From Amoebophrya sp. A120 (Eukaryota > Protista > Dinoflagellata), in assembly GCA_905178155.1 (NCBI GenBank), contig CAJINV010000010.1, positions 3,616,587 through 3,680,586 of the forward strand: a DNA stretch of 64,000 nucleotides, written 5' to 3'. Each line of letters opens with the position of its first letter. Position 1 is the first letter of the stretch. Below the pieces are notes generated by a model. That model saw only the letters and a list, made by a program, of their open reading frames with translations, did not search any database and had not been told where the DNA came from. Position numbers and translations under genes: made by a program. Of this stretch, positions 1 to 12,613 are shown in pieces.

Positions 1-3000
1 AGATGGGTGGCCACCGCTACAGGGCCAAAAAATTCTTGGGCCACCGCTGGCTACCCATCTGGCCCGGGCCAGACGGGTCATTTTTTCGAGAAAGCGGACT
101 TTTTCACCCATCTGGCCCGGGCCAGATGGGTGGCCACCGCTACAGGGCCAAAAAATTCTTGGGCCACCGCTGGCTACCCATCTGGCCCGGGCCAGACGGG
201 TCATTTTTTCGAGAAAGCGGACTTTTTCACCCATCTGGCCCGGGCCAGATGGGTGGCCACCGCTACAGGGCCAAAAAATTCTTGGGCCACCGCTGGCTAC
301 CCATCTGGCCCGGGCCAGACGGGTCATTTTTTCGAGAAAGCGGACTTTTTCACCCATCTGGCCCGGGCCAGATGGGTGGCCACCGCTACAGGGCCAAAAA
401 ATTCTTGGGCCACCGCTGGCTACCCATCTGGCCCGGGCCAGACGGGTCATTTTTTCGAGAAAGCGGACTTTTTCACCCATCTGGCCCGGGCCAGATGGGT
501 GGCCACCGCTACAGGGCCAAAAAATTCTTGGGCCACCGCTGGCTACCCATCTGGCCCGGGCCAGACGGGTCATTTTTTCGAGAAAGCGGACTTTTTCACC
601 CATCTGGCCCGGGCCAGATGGGTGGCCACCGCTACAGGGCCAAAAAATTCTTGGGCCACCGCTGGCTACCCATCTGGCCCGGGCCAGACGGGTCATTTTT
701 TCGAGAAAGCGGACTTTTTCACCCATCTGGCCCGGGCCAGATGGGTGGCCACCGCTACAGGGCCAAAAAATTCTTGGGCCACCGCTGGCTACCCATCTGG
801 CCCGGGCCAGACGGGTCATTTTTTCGAGAAAGCGGACTTTTTCACCCATCTGGCCCGGGCCAGATGGGTGGCCACCGCTACAGGGCCAAAAAATTCTTGG
901 GCCACCGCTGGCTACCCATCTGGCCCGGGCCAGACGGGTCATTTTTTCGAGAAAGCGGACTTTTTCACCCATCTGGCCCGGGCCAGATGGGTGGCCACCG
1001 CTACAGGGCCAAAAAATTCTTGGGCCACCGCTGGCTACCCATCTGGCCCGGGCCAGACGGGTCATTTTTTCGAGAAAGCGGACTTTTTCACCCATCTGGC
1101 CCGGGCCAGATGGGTGGCCACCGCTACAGGGCCAAAAAATTCTTGGGCCACCGCTGGCTACCCATCTGGCCCGGGCCAGACGGGTCATTTTTTCGAGAAA
1201 GCGGACTTTTTCACCCATCTGGCCCGGGCCAGATGGGTGGCCACCGCTACAGGGCCAAAAAATTCTTGGGCCACCGCTGGCTACCCATCTGGCCCGGGCC
1301 AGACGGGTCATTTTTTCGAGAAAGCGGACTTTTTCACCCATCTGGCCCGGGCCAGATGGGTGGCCACCGCTACAGGGCCAAAAAATTCTTGGGCCACCGC
1401 TGGCTACCCATCTGGCCCGGGCCAGACGGGTCATTTTTTCGAGAAAGCGGACTTTTTCACCCATCTGGCCCGGGCCAGATGGGTGGCCACCGCTACAGGG
1501 CCAAAAAATTCTTGGGCCACCGCTGGCTACCCATCTGGCCCGGGCCAGACGGGTCATTTTTTCGAGAAAGCGGACTTTTTCACCCATCTGGCCCGGGCCA
1601 GATGGGTGGCCACCGCTACAGGGCCAAAAAATTCTTGGGCCACCGCTGGCTACCCATCTGGCCCGGGCCAGACGGGTCATTTTTTCGAGAAAGCGGACTT
1701 TTTCACCCATCTGGCCCGGGCCAGATGGGTGGCCACCGCTACAGGGCCAAAAAATTCTTGGGCCACCGCTGGCTACCCATCTGGCCCGGGCCAGACGGGT
1801 CATTTTTTCGAGAAAGCGGACTTTTTCACCCATCTGGCCCGGGCCAGATGGGTGGCCACCGCTACAGGGCCAAAAAATTCTTGGGCCACCGCTGGCTACC
1901 CATCTGGCCCGGGCCAGACGGGTCATTTTTTCGAGAAAGCGGACTTTTTCACCCATCTGGCCCGGGCCAGATGGGTGGCCACCGCTACAGGGCCAAAAAA
2001 TTCTTGGGCCACCGCTGGCTACCCATCTGGCCCGGGCCAGACGGGTCATTTTTTCGAGAAAGCGGACTTTTTCACCCATCTGGCCCGGGCCAGATGGGTG
2101 GCCACCGCTACAGGGCCAAAAAATTCTTGGGCCACCGCTGGCTACCCATCTGGCCCGGGCCAGACGGGTCATTTTTTCGAGAAAGCGGACTTTTTCACCC
2201 ATCTGGCCCGGGCCAGATGGGTGGCCACCGCTACAGGGCCAAAAAATTCTTGGGCCACCGCTGGCTACCCATCTGGCCCGGGCCAGACGGGTCATTTTTT
2301 CGAGAAAGCGGACTTTTTCACCCATCTGGCCCGGGCCAGATGGGTGGCCACCGCTACAGGGCCAAAAAATTCTTGGGCCACCGCTGGCTACCCATCTGGC
2401 CCGGGCCAGACGGGTCATTTTTTCGAGAAAGCGGACTTTTTCACCCATCTGGCCCGGGCCAGATGGGTGGCCACCGCTACAGGGCCAAAAAATTCTTGGG
2501 CCACCGCTGGCTACCCATCTGGCCCGGGCCAGACGGGTCATTTTTTCGAGAAAGCGGACTTTTTCACCCATCTGGCCCGGGCCAGATGGGTGGCCACCGC
2601 TACAGGGCCAAAAAATTCTTGGGCCACCGCTGGCTACCCATCTGGCCCGGGCCAGACGGGTCATTTTTTCGAGAAAGCGGACTTTTTCACCCATCTGGCC
2701 CGGGCCAGATGGGTGGCCACCGCTACAGGGCCAAAAAATTCTTGGGCCACCGCTGGCTACCCATCTGGCCCGGGCCAGACGGGTCATTTTTTCGAGAAAG
2801 CGGACTTTTTCACCCATCTGGCCCGGGCCAGATGGGTGGCCACCGCTACAGGGCCAAAAAATTCTTGGGCCACCGCTGGCTACCCATCTGGCCCGGGCCA
2901 GACGGGTCATTTTTTCGAGAAAGCGGACTTTTTCACCCATCTGGCCCGGGCCAGATGGGTGGCCACCGCTACAGGGCCAAAAAATTCTTGGGCCACCGCT

Positions 3001-4836
3001 GGCTACCCATCTGGCCCGGGCCAGACGGGTCATTTTTTCGAGAAAGCGGACTTTTTCACCCATCTGGCCCGGGCCAGATGGGTGGCCACCGCTACAGGGC
3101 CAAAAAATTCTTGGGCCACCGCTGGCTACCCATCTGGCCCGGGCCAGACGGGTCATTTTTTCGAGAAAGCGGACTTTTTCACCCATCTGGCCCGGGCCAG
3201 ATGGGTGGCCACCGCTACAGGGCCAAAAAATTCTTGGGCCACCGCTGGCTACCCATCTGGCCCGGGCCAGACGGGTCATTTTTTCGAGAAAGCGGACTTT
3301 TTCACCCATCTGGCCCGGGCCAGATGGGTGGCCACCGCTACAGGGCCAAAAAATTCTTGGGCCACCGCTGGCTACCCATCTGGCCCGGGCCAGACGGGTC
3401 ATTTTTTCGAGAAAGCGGACTTTTTCACCCATCTGGCCCGGGCCAGATGGGTGGCCACCGCTACAGGGCCAAAAAATTCTTGGGCCACCGCTGGCTACCC
3501 ATCTGGCCCGGGCCAGACGGGTCATTTTTTCGAGAAAGCGGACTTTTTCACCCATCTGGCCCGGGCCAGATGGGTGGCCACCGCTACAGGGCCAAAAAAT
3601 TCTTGGGCCACCGCTGGCTACCCATCTGGCCCGGGCCAGACGGGTCATTTTTTCGAGAAAGCGGACTTTTTCACCCATCTGGCCCGGGCCAGATGGGTGG
3701 CCACCGCTACAGGGCCAAAAAATTCTTGGGCCACCGCTGGCTACCCATCTGGCCCGGGCCAGACGGGTCATTTTTTCGAGAAAGCGGACTTTTTCACCCA
3801 TCTGGCCCGGGCCAGATGGGTGGCCACCGCTACAGGGCCAAAAAATTCTTGGGCCACCGCTGGCTACCCATCTGGCCCGGGCCAGACGGGTCATTTTTTC
3901 GAGAAAGCGGACTTTTTCACCCATCTGGCCCGGGCCAGATGGGTGGCCACCGCTACAGGGCCAAAAAATTCTTGGGCCACCGCTGGCTACCCATCTGGCC
4001 CGGGCCAGACGGGTCATTTTTTCGAGAAAGCGGACTTTTTCACCCATCTGGCCCGGGCCAGATGGGTGGCCACCGCTACAGGGCCAAAAAATTCTTGGGC
4101 CACCGCTGGCTACCCATCTGGCCCGGGCCAGACGGGTCATTTTTTCGAGAAAGCGGACTTTTTCACCCATCTGGCCCGGGCCAGATGGGTGGCCACCGCT
4201 ACAGGGCCAAAAAATTCTTGGGCCACCGCTGGCTACCCATCTGGCCCGGGCCAGACGGGTCATTTTTTCGAGAAAGCGGACTTTTTCACCCATCTGGCCC
4301 GGGCCAGATGGGTGGCCACCGCTACAGGGCCAAAAAATTCTTGGGCCACCGCTGGCTACCCATCTGGCCCGGGCCAGACGGGTCATTTTTTCGAGAAAGC
4401 GGACTTTTTCACCCATCTGGCCCGGGCCAGATGGGTGGCCACCGCTACAGGGCCAAAAAATTCTTGGGCCACCGCTGGCTACCCATCTGGCCCGGGCCAG
4501 ACGGGTCATTTTTTCGAGAAAGCGGACTTTTTCACCCATCTGGCCCGGGCCAGATGGGTGGCCACCGCTACAGGGCCAAAAAATTCTTGGGCCACCGCTG
4601 GCTACCCATCTGGCCCGGGCCAGACGGGTCATTTTTTCGAGAAAGCGGACTTTTTCACCCATCTGGCCCGGGCCAGATGGGTGGCCACCGCTACAGGGCC
4701 AAAAAATTCTTGGGCCACCGCTGGCTACCCATCTGGCCCGGGCCAGACGGCCAGTTGGGTGGCCACCGCTACAGGGCCAAAAAATTCTTGGGCCACCGCT
4801 GGCTACGCATCTGGCCCGGGTCATTTTTCCCGGGCC
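1..4836. repeat. 123-bp tandem satellite, about 38.6 essentially identical units plus a degenerate terminal part-unit
   Basis: The unit starting AGATGGGTGG recurs at 1, 124, ... 2461, ... 4675. Each period holds a perfect 28-bp palindrome CACCCATCTGGCCCGGGCCAGATGGGTG and a one-mismatch copy of it. The array decays at about 4750-4836. Confidence 0.98.
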
Positions 4837-4869
4837 AAAGAACAACTGCCGTTTTTCATTTGGTTTTAG

Positions 4870-4969
4870 CGGATGCATGATTTGTATTTGTAAAAATTGT
4901 AATGCGAAGATCTACACCACCATCAGAATCAAAATGCTCATGCACGTTAATACTTTTTTGCACTGCATA
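4870..4969. mobile_element. Introner family C-like, right half only (left end lost at the satellite junction)
   Basis: Right end ...TACTTTTTTGCACTGCATA with internal GCATGA/TTGTAATGC motifs; no left TIR. Confidence 0.6.
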
Positions 4970-7023
4970 GCTGGTTTCTGGACCGTGCGACATTTGGAAT
5001 GCAGCGCTGACGAAATCGGAGCGCGCCTTCATGCCTATCAATGGAAAATATCTCTGAGGGTCTGGAAGACCGCACGGTTTGTCATGCTCCGCTAGCGTGA
5101 CAATTAAGTCTGTCATGCACTTCAACCAAGCTCGCCTTTGCTTTGTCATGCAGAGATGCCGTTTGTCATGTTGGAGGAGTAACTCAGATGAAACATGTCA
5201 TGCGTGGCCGCCAAGAACTCAAGAGTGTTTATGATAGTCGAACCAGCATGACAAGTTCCCAGACCCCGAGATCATATTTGCGTATGCATACGGCCGGGAT
5301 TGATGCGAAATGCGGAGAAGAAGAACATCCTCTCGTGCTCGTGCTGTTGCCTGGGCGGTGGCGGATCCTTCGGCCGCTGGGCCCTGCGGAAGATGGGTGC
5401 CATGCAGATGCGCGCGGTGCCGGCGGAGGAAGGAAAACGAAAGACCTGGGACTACGCTATGTAAAAACTTATCCTCACCCCAGAGTCACGCTGGCGATGC
5501 TGCTTCTACGCAAATCAACAAGTTTTGGCTGCTCGACGCATGACAAATTTGGGCTCGTAGAAGAGTAGTCCTGGTTTAGGTAGCGAAACTCCATCACAGA
5601 TCGACTCTCTTATGCAGCTTTGCATGACAACTCTGGGGATGTGGGGACTTTTTCGCACAGGATACGGACGACGGCCTGGAGGCGCTGTTTACCAGTTACT
5701 GTCGGGGTCACGAAGGCGGTGACGAACGGGCGTTATGCTGTGCAAAAACGTCCCCACCCCCGAGTTGTCATGCAAGTCTGCATGCTGGAAATGTTTTTCA
5801 TGCGGAGCCTCATGGGAAGCATTTTCTAGACGTGTTTTGGAATTTGTAATGCTCCAATCAGCATGATATACAAGATCTGTGATGGTGCTGATATAGCCCA
5901 AACAGCACTACAATACGAGTCGACATTTGTCATGCAAAACAGCCAAAGCTTCAGCTTGTGGATTTGTCTAGCCGAGTGCCCATCTTGACTATGGGTGGGG
6001 ACGTTTTTATTCAGGATAGGTGTGGGACGTGGTTTATCAAGACCCCTTTCTGGTCACGCTAATGCTGGACGCGCACATCCCCGGTACCCATTCGCCGCAA
6101 ACCTGGACGATAGACATGCGTATCGAAAAGAAAAATCCCCCCTCCCCATATCAAAACGAAAGTGCGAGTAGAAGGGTTTTGGCTTAAGCACTGCCAAGTG
6201 CGAGTAGAAGGGTTTTGGCTTAAGCACTTAGCATGAAAAACGTCCGCGCTGTAGGCCCAACAGCATGACAAACCGTCTGCGCAATGCGGCGGAGCCTCCG
6301 CGGTTGCCTTCCTGCAAGACAGACACGATTTGTGACCGCAAACCAGCATCACAAATTTCCAAAGATATACGTTTTCGGTATGGGGAGGGGAGATTTTTCC
6401 TTTCAATAATGCGCAGGGGAAACTCCAAGCGGTGGAGCTACGATCCCGCGGAAATTACCGCGCCCTGTTTCCTATCCTTTGCAAAAGAAAAGTAAAATGC
6501 CGTACTGCTCTTGCAAGGAGGCATGACAAATCCGATTTCTAAAGCAGGATTAGCATGACAAATATTTCCTTCGTTATGGCTGAGGCTGAGCGAAGTTTTG
6601 ATGCAATTCAGACTTGTGTGCGATCATTCAGAATCAGATTCACTTCTTTATCTTTTGCAATGCACAGTGCATCTACATGGGAGAAAAGGAGGAGACGCCG
6701 ATCCAGCGCGTTCTCGCGATAGTCTGTGACCGGGCCGCCACTCTGGGAGCAGGGGGCGGATGCGGTGGTGGCAGCGCAGGTCGTATGCAAGAAAAAAACT
6801 GTGTAAGTGTAACTTTGTCTTGCAGATGTTGCAATACAGTTACACTTGTCATGCCGGATATGCATCAGAGGCTATTTTAATACGTGTTTTCGCGTAGTAG
6901 CTACGCATGACAGGTTTTTTGTCATGTAAAACAAATCTGTGATGCTGTTCCTACAAAAAAGTTACACTTACACAGTTTGTTTCTTGGATAGGTCGTTGCG
7001 GGAGAGGCGTGAAAGGGAGATGA
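4970..7023 (+). CDS. 5'-truncated gene (or gene relic) of unknown function, interrupted by 6 introners
   Basis: Excising elements 5036-5290, 5453-5664, 5734-6018, 6121-6408, 6473-6666 and 6784-6990 (each plus 5 bp) gives one open frame LVSGPCDIWNAALTKSERAFMPGLMRNAEKKNILSCSCCC...WDVVYQDPFLVTLMLDAHIPG...CGRGVKGR* ending at TGA 7021-7023. No start codon; the upstream sequence is satellite. Confidence 0.6.
5036..5290. mobile_element. Introner family B (diverged)
   Basis: TAT...GGGTCTGG / CCAGACCC...ATA; TSD atgcc/cggcc. Confidence 0.8.
5453..5664. mobile_element. Introner family D (diverged, starts TAC)
   Basis: TIR ...AAAAACTTATCCTCACCCCAGAGT; TSD gggac/cggac. Confidence 0.75.
5734..6018. mobile_element. 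Introner family D
   Basis: TIR TAT-N7-AAAAACGTCCCCAC; TSD ggcgt/ggtgt. Confidence 0.85.
6121..6408. mobile_element. Introner family A with an internal 33-bp duplication
   Basis: TIR TAT-N6-GAAAAATCCCCCCTCCCCATA; TSD atgcg. Confidence 0.9.
6473..6666. mobile_element. Introner family C-like (old, TSD decayed)
   Basis: TATCCTTTGCAAAAGA...TCTTTTGCAATGCACA; flanks tttcc/gtgca; removal plus 5 bp keeps the frame. Confidence 0.65.
6784..6990. mobile_element. Introner family E (single copy here)
   Basis: TIR of about 33 bp TATGCAAGAAAAAAACTGTGTAAGTGTAACTTT; TSD ggtcg. Confidence 0.9.
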
Positions 7024-7806
7024 GATAAACTTTCTGAAAACCTAAAACTAACAATTTTCTAGTTCTATGTTTTATACCGAAAACTGAAAAACTTCGCAAC
7101 ATTTTTCTGTTTCATGGAGTCCTGCTATCAACGAACTGCGAGAAGCGAACTACATACTTACTCTGTCAGTTAGGCTTTTGCTACTTTTTTTTTCGAGGCA
7201 ACGGCAAGCTCGAGAGTAGAATTTTATAGGACTGAGCCAAAGGTGCTTCACCTTCAGCCGAGGAGTGTTTTTCTTCAACTACCGCTAAAAACATCGTGAG
7301 AAGTAGGAAATAAAACCTTCTAACGAAGACCAAGAACCCATTGAAAACAACAACAACAGTCACTCTTGGCGTCTGTTCTTGGGAGGTGGTTTGATGACGG
7401 AATGGTATAAAGTTAATTTTTTCCACCAACAGCAGGGGGTGCAAAAGTGTCGCTCTGTGAAGAGCCAGGCTGTGTTCATGAAGATCGATGCAACTACCCT
7501 GGAGACGCTGGTGCGCGACTCGTACACTGCGGCGTCAACGGCCAGCAAATCGTCTGTTTGTTTCTTCCAGTCCCTCGAAGTCGTGGGAAACAAGAAGTAC
7601 AAGGTTGTTTTTGTTGGTGTCTGTGCACGGCGAAAAAAAAAGAACGACTTACACCGACCTTTTTCAGAGGCCTGTGACACCTTTAAATATACAAAACAAG
7701 CAGTAGGACTCCTGTAACTTGTGGAGTATTGAAGAGATTTAACAACCATATCTGCTCGATAAAAAATTCAGTTCTCACGTCAACAAGACCCTTTTCTCTC
7801 TCAACC

Positions 7807-9474
7807 ATGTCTCGTCGTTCTCGTTCGTTCTCGAAGAAGATTATAGCGGGAGCTGCCGCTCTGGCCATATTAACAGGCGCCTCGAACAGTCACGCGAAAC
7901 CGGCAGTCAAAAGAGATGAAGTAGAATCTCCGGGACCACAACATGCCGGGGAGATCACGACGAGCAAGTTTCTGCCGATCGTAACGGATCCCACCGGGGC
8001 AACGAAGTTGATTGTCGAACAGGACTTCACCTACCCGCTGAAGCAGATGCATGAGCTGATGAAGAAAACTTCGGACGCTCTTTTTTCCTTTGACTTCATT
8101 CCCCTGTCCTTCCGTCCCTTGTACCGCTCGGAACTGAACAACTTGTCGTTGTCCACGACGACCGCGGACGGCCCGCAGTGCACCGCGGACGACTTGGCGA
8201 TTTGGTCGAAGGGCACGGGCAAGACGAACTTCAAGAGCTACATGACCACGTGCGGGAAGCAGTGCTGGGGAGCGGAGGCTTGCGTGGCCACCTGCGTGGA
8301 CAAGGAGGAGCACTACTCGCATATCAAAATGAAAAATCCCCCCTCCCCACATCAAAACGAAATTTCTTATGCTGGATTTGCGTACACAAATCAGATTTGT
8401 CTTGCAGTAGAGGACTGCAGGCCCATATCGTGCCAATGTAGAGAGGTTCTGGCCTAGGCACTTAGCATGAGGAACGTCTATGCTATAGGCGCAACAGCAT
8501 TACAAACCGCCTGCAGTATGGGGCAAAGCCTAGGCCGTTGCTTCTTGCAAGACAGACAAGATCTCTGGTCACAAATCAGCATCACAAATTCCCTGATTGG
8601 TGTCTTTTCGATATGGGGAGGGGGGTTTTTCCTTACGATATCGCAACCCTGCGCGACCTGCTTCGGGCAGCTGGGACAGTGCTCGCGCGACCACTGCATG
8701 CTCCAGTGCATGAACGGATATGCACTGCAAGTATGTCTATGTCTGGAAAGTTGGAACTTGTAATGCTAGCTTTCCATAATTCCTGGGAGATCTGTGTTGC
8801 ATGACCAACAAATAAGTCGCAACCATTTTTGCGATGCGAAAACGCAGTTTCTCATGCAAACTGCCCGTGAGAAAGCGCTATGGAAACTTGTCATGCTGGG
8901 ATGCTGCATTCGGATGTCTTTCCAGCATCCACATTTTAGCATCACAAGTTTCCAGAGGACCCAGACGTATTTGCGATGCATAACGGAAATACCCCGGCGT
9001 GCGCCGCCTGTGAGCGGAAGTACTGCGTGCAACCGTTCTCGGAATGCACGGGAATATCCTGTGCAAAAGTATCGTACTCGTATTAATTGCAATCATGCAT
9101 TACAAATTTTTTACTTAAGGTACCTCAGCATTACAAATTTTACTTCTCATGCTGAGGAAATTTGTAATGCATTTATACGAGTGCGGTACTTTTGCAATTC
9201 ATAGGGAATCGCGGTCGATGACATCCCGAAGGAAATGTATTTGTTCAGATGTATTTCAAGTTCAGCAAACTTGGATTTCTGTGTGTGTTGATGCACAGAT
9301 AGTTCGTCATGCCGAATAAAGATGAAACAAAAACCCTATCGCAGGTTTCTCCATGACCATCTTTCGTCCAAGACGGGTGGCGAACAGGCAGCCGGTCTTG
9401 GCGCGGAGATGGAGAAGAAAACGGGCCCGAAGGCGACGGACAAGAAAGAACCGGCGACGGAGCAGTGGATCTAG
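7807..9474 (+). CDS. Secreted Cys-rich protein (about 270 aa)
   Basis: Signal-like N-terminus (KKIIAGAAALAILTGASNSHA). Removing 3 introners and a GT-AG intron (9237-9344) gives CGKQCWGAEACVATCVDKEEHYSQPCATCFGQLGQCSRDHCMLQCMNGNTPACAACERKYCVQPFSECTG. Spliced length is 813 nt, in frame. Confidence 0.85.
8322..8640. mobile_element. Introner family A
   Basis: Family A TIR; TSD tcgca; excision restores HYSQPC. Confidence 0.93.
8719..8982. mobile_element. Introner family B
   Basis: TIR of the TAT-N4-TGCAAAWATGTCTGGGTCTGGAA type; TSD acgga. Confidence 0.92.
9055..9203. mobile_element. Introner family C
   Basis: TIR TAT-N4-TGCAAAAGTATCGTACTCGTAT; TSD gggaa. Confidence 0.92.
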
Positions 9475-11031
9475 GAAACGTCGGTCTGCAACGGATTTTG
9501 GGAGGAAACAAAAGTCGAACTGATAGTACTGTCAGTTTTAATTCTCGTGTCCAACTTTGATTGCCTGTAGGGGGGACACATCGAGTTCCCAGCTGATATT
9601 TTTGGTATATCAACGTGTATAGAAAAATCAAGCCGAAGTTTTGCTTTTCACGAGTACGATACGAAGATGCCGTTGGATAGATTCTGACTCCTGCCATTTT
9701 TCACGAGTACTTAATACGGTAATGCACTGAATGGAAGGAGAAGGAACTCCGAAAATGAACCCAGCAAGCACCATACCGCCGTAAAGAGGTTGATTCTTTC
9801 TGAAACTAAGACCCCCTGCTCGACCTTGTGTGAAATGAAACCGTGTACGAAAAGAGACTTGGGTCGCGGAGGTCGAAAAGAAGTGCCGCCTTCTTTGTCT
9901 CACGAGTATTACAGCAAGGGACCTGAAACTGATTCATGTCTTGTATATTTCGCGTTCTACATAGGGAATGCACAAAGTCCTCTCGTCGTCCGCGCTGCTA
10001 CATGCAGTCGGGCGACTGTGTTGTAAGCCGGTTCTTATTTTTCCCTGAGGTTCCATCTTGACAATGGATGGATGAAATACTTAGTGAAGGCTCTATGTTG
10101 TAAAAGCTGAAGTTCTCATTTGTGAACCGGGTGACATTTTCCATTGAGGAGCGAAGCCCTAGGCAATTTGACTCCACCATTTTCGGGAGGTGCAAGTGAT
10201 TAAGTGAATGTTTAGAAAACAGTCGTGATTCAAATGTGAAGTATTATTTTCGGTTGATCTGAATTTGTTTTGGTACGACGGTATCAATTGACTTTAAAGC
10301 GAGCGATTTTTTTTCTACTGCGAGAGCAAGCGATAAGACCACATCAAAAGAAGGTCTAGAGCTGGAAATGCGAGTAGATAAACAGATGAAACCACTACAA
10401 TCATTGTATCGAGTGAAGAAGGCGGAGAAGTCCAGACAGAGTGAGATCAGAGGGATAATATGGGAATATTGAGTTGCATAAGTTTTTCCGATTTTTTTGT
10501 ACATCTACAACGTGCCTTCTAACAGCTCCCCTTTTTTGATCACCACCGCGAGCCCGCATTCCCTCGCGGAGCTGCGGCTCGTTTCTACGAATTTCAATTT
10601 TCGCGCGCGATAAGTTCTTGCGCTTCATTTTTGTGTGATTCAATGTGAATACTTTTGAATAAATTTTCCATCTGTGTAGTTGTTTTCCCCGATATTGTAT
10701 TACTTTTTTGCCTTCCCCGAGCAGGAGGGGAACTACAAACATTCAGCCTGCGACACCGGAGTTCATGATGTGACGAGGTTCGTTCCTGCCGGTTGTGCGT
10801 CCGTACGTAGCGCAGTTGAGACGACCGCAGCGAGCTAGCTGCTTTCGGTGGCGGGAAGCAGTGTTTCAGTATCCGATCGGGCAGTTCCTACCAGCACACG
10901 CCGCATGACAAACCTTCTCTAATGAAGCACTTTACTCCTGCACAAAGTTATAACCCGGACGAGAGGACCAGGACTGAGCAGACGGGAAGGCGAACAGATC
11001 TATTTTCGCGACCACCAGTATCCCGTGGTGC

Positions 11032-12613
11032 ATGAGCCTGCTTCGGTTGTGCGCCGTGTGTTGCGGCGGGGAGAAAGACCAGGCAACTTCGTCAGGCGGA
11101 CCCGTCGTGTTTGGGACGGGCAATAATACTTCTAGCAATGGGACGAACGGTATGAGAGTGCACAACTCCCCCTCCTTCTTATTTCTCATGCAAGATTCCA
11201 AATCCACCCTTTGCCTGTTAGCACTGTTTGCATGACAGATTCCAGAATCCAAAATAGCACTGCAATCCTCTAGAAATTTGTCATGCAGAAGCTGCATCTT
11301 TGCCAGCGCTTGTGTTGCTGTTCATGCAAAACAAGTGAGTGTGAGGGGGAGGGGGAGTGGTGCACTCTCATAAACGGCACATCGACAAGGAATCTCCGGG
11401 CGAGTTTCTCCCCGCAAGCAGAGGGAGAAGCTCTGTCGCCGGCGGAGCAGGTACTTCTAAGGGTTTTGTTTAGTTTGTATTCGTGCAAGAGAAAAAAGAA
11501 TTGCAATGTAAAGTTGTCCATGACAAAGTTGGAAAACTACATCTTCTACCAGATATCCCGTGGTACTGACGACGACCTCGACTTTGGGAGCGACCACGAT
11601 ACAGACAACCCCTTTCACTATGACAACATCAATTCCAGTGGGGGAAAAAGGAGTTCCAGAATATCCTTCGGCCTCGGGAACGTGGTCGAATACGAAATCG
11701 AATCCGAAAATGAAAATGCGGGAAGTCCAGACACCAGTCCGGACAGTGGCGGCCAAAATAGATCGTCGTTTAACAATGGATATCAACTGTAAAAATGTCT
11801 GGGTCTGGAAGATTCTGACACTTGTCACGCACGTTTTGCATGAGCCATGATGTCTGTGATCCATACCCTAGCAATACAGATTTTTTGAGGGCTTCTCGAT
11901 GCCTATTTCGCATGACAAATACCTTCTCAGCGTAGCAAAAATTGCATTCCCTTTGGTACTCATGCAATACAGATTTTTTTGGAATCCAAACGCAGCATCA
12001 CAAGTTGCATTCTTCCACACCCACACACTTTTACATTTGATAATGGAAGTAGCAATTCTTTTGCTCTCGACCCCGCAGAAGACTCCCCGGTTTTGTTGTC
12101 CAGCAACAGCGAGCCTGAGTCAGATGACGGCGCGGATAGGTTGGTGGCGAAGGACTGGGTATTTGTGTATGATCAGGATGATGTTTGTCGTACAAGAACT
12201 GTTTATGTTTTGTTATGTACAACTATGGACACAGTCAACACGGATGGAAGTGCAATGGTTGCGATGCATGCGGTACGGGTTCGGAATACTCGAATTCGCA
12301 AAAGAACGTCGATACGGACTCTTTGGTGCAAAAAATAATTGCACCAAATAAAAATCCTCAGGTCGAAATGCAGAAGCGCGCGATGGCAGAGCGGATGGGC
12401 CGAAATAAGCCGGAGGGGGAACAAGGTCCAGATGGTGAAAAACCAAAAAAGCAAAAACTCCGATTTTTCAAGCGAAGACAGGATTCCATAGTGCTCCCCC
12501 CGGCGCCGGAGAAAGGCTGCTTGAGGAAAAGTAGTGCCTACTCTGCGGATATGGAGTCTCCGGACGGGCTGGCGCAGATGTACGGAATAACCCCCAATTT
12601 AGATTACGTCTGA
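11032..12613 (+). CDS. Hypothetical low-complexity protein (about 260 aa) with an N-terminal Cys cluster and an RVxF-like RISF motif
   Basis: Starts MSLLRLCAVCCGG. Removing 2 introners and GT-AG introns 11451-11552 and 12159-12361 gives a 783-nt open frame ending ...ITPNLDYV*. Confidence 0.7.
11151..11372. mobile_element. Introner family F
   Basis: TIR TATGAGAGTGCACAACTCCCCCTCC; TSD aacgg. Confidence 0.92.
11781..12042. mobile_element. Introner family B
   Basis: Family B TIR; TSD atgga. Confidence 0.92.

Noticed and set aside
1-4836. CRISPR array (palindromic repeats at regular spacing)
   Set aside because: The intervening sequences are identical rather than unique spacers, there are no cas genes, and the context is eukaryotic.
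3-4880. 1625-aa and 1620-aa repeat ORFs
   Set aside because: They are by-products of a stop-free 123-bp unit whose length is a multiple of 3. They are open in two overlapping frames with no synonymous variation between units.
7379-7717. Small ORFs between the first two genes
   Set aside because: No recognisable motif and no consistent frame or splice model, so they cannot be supported.
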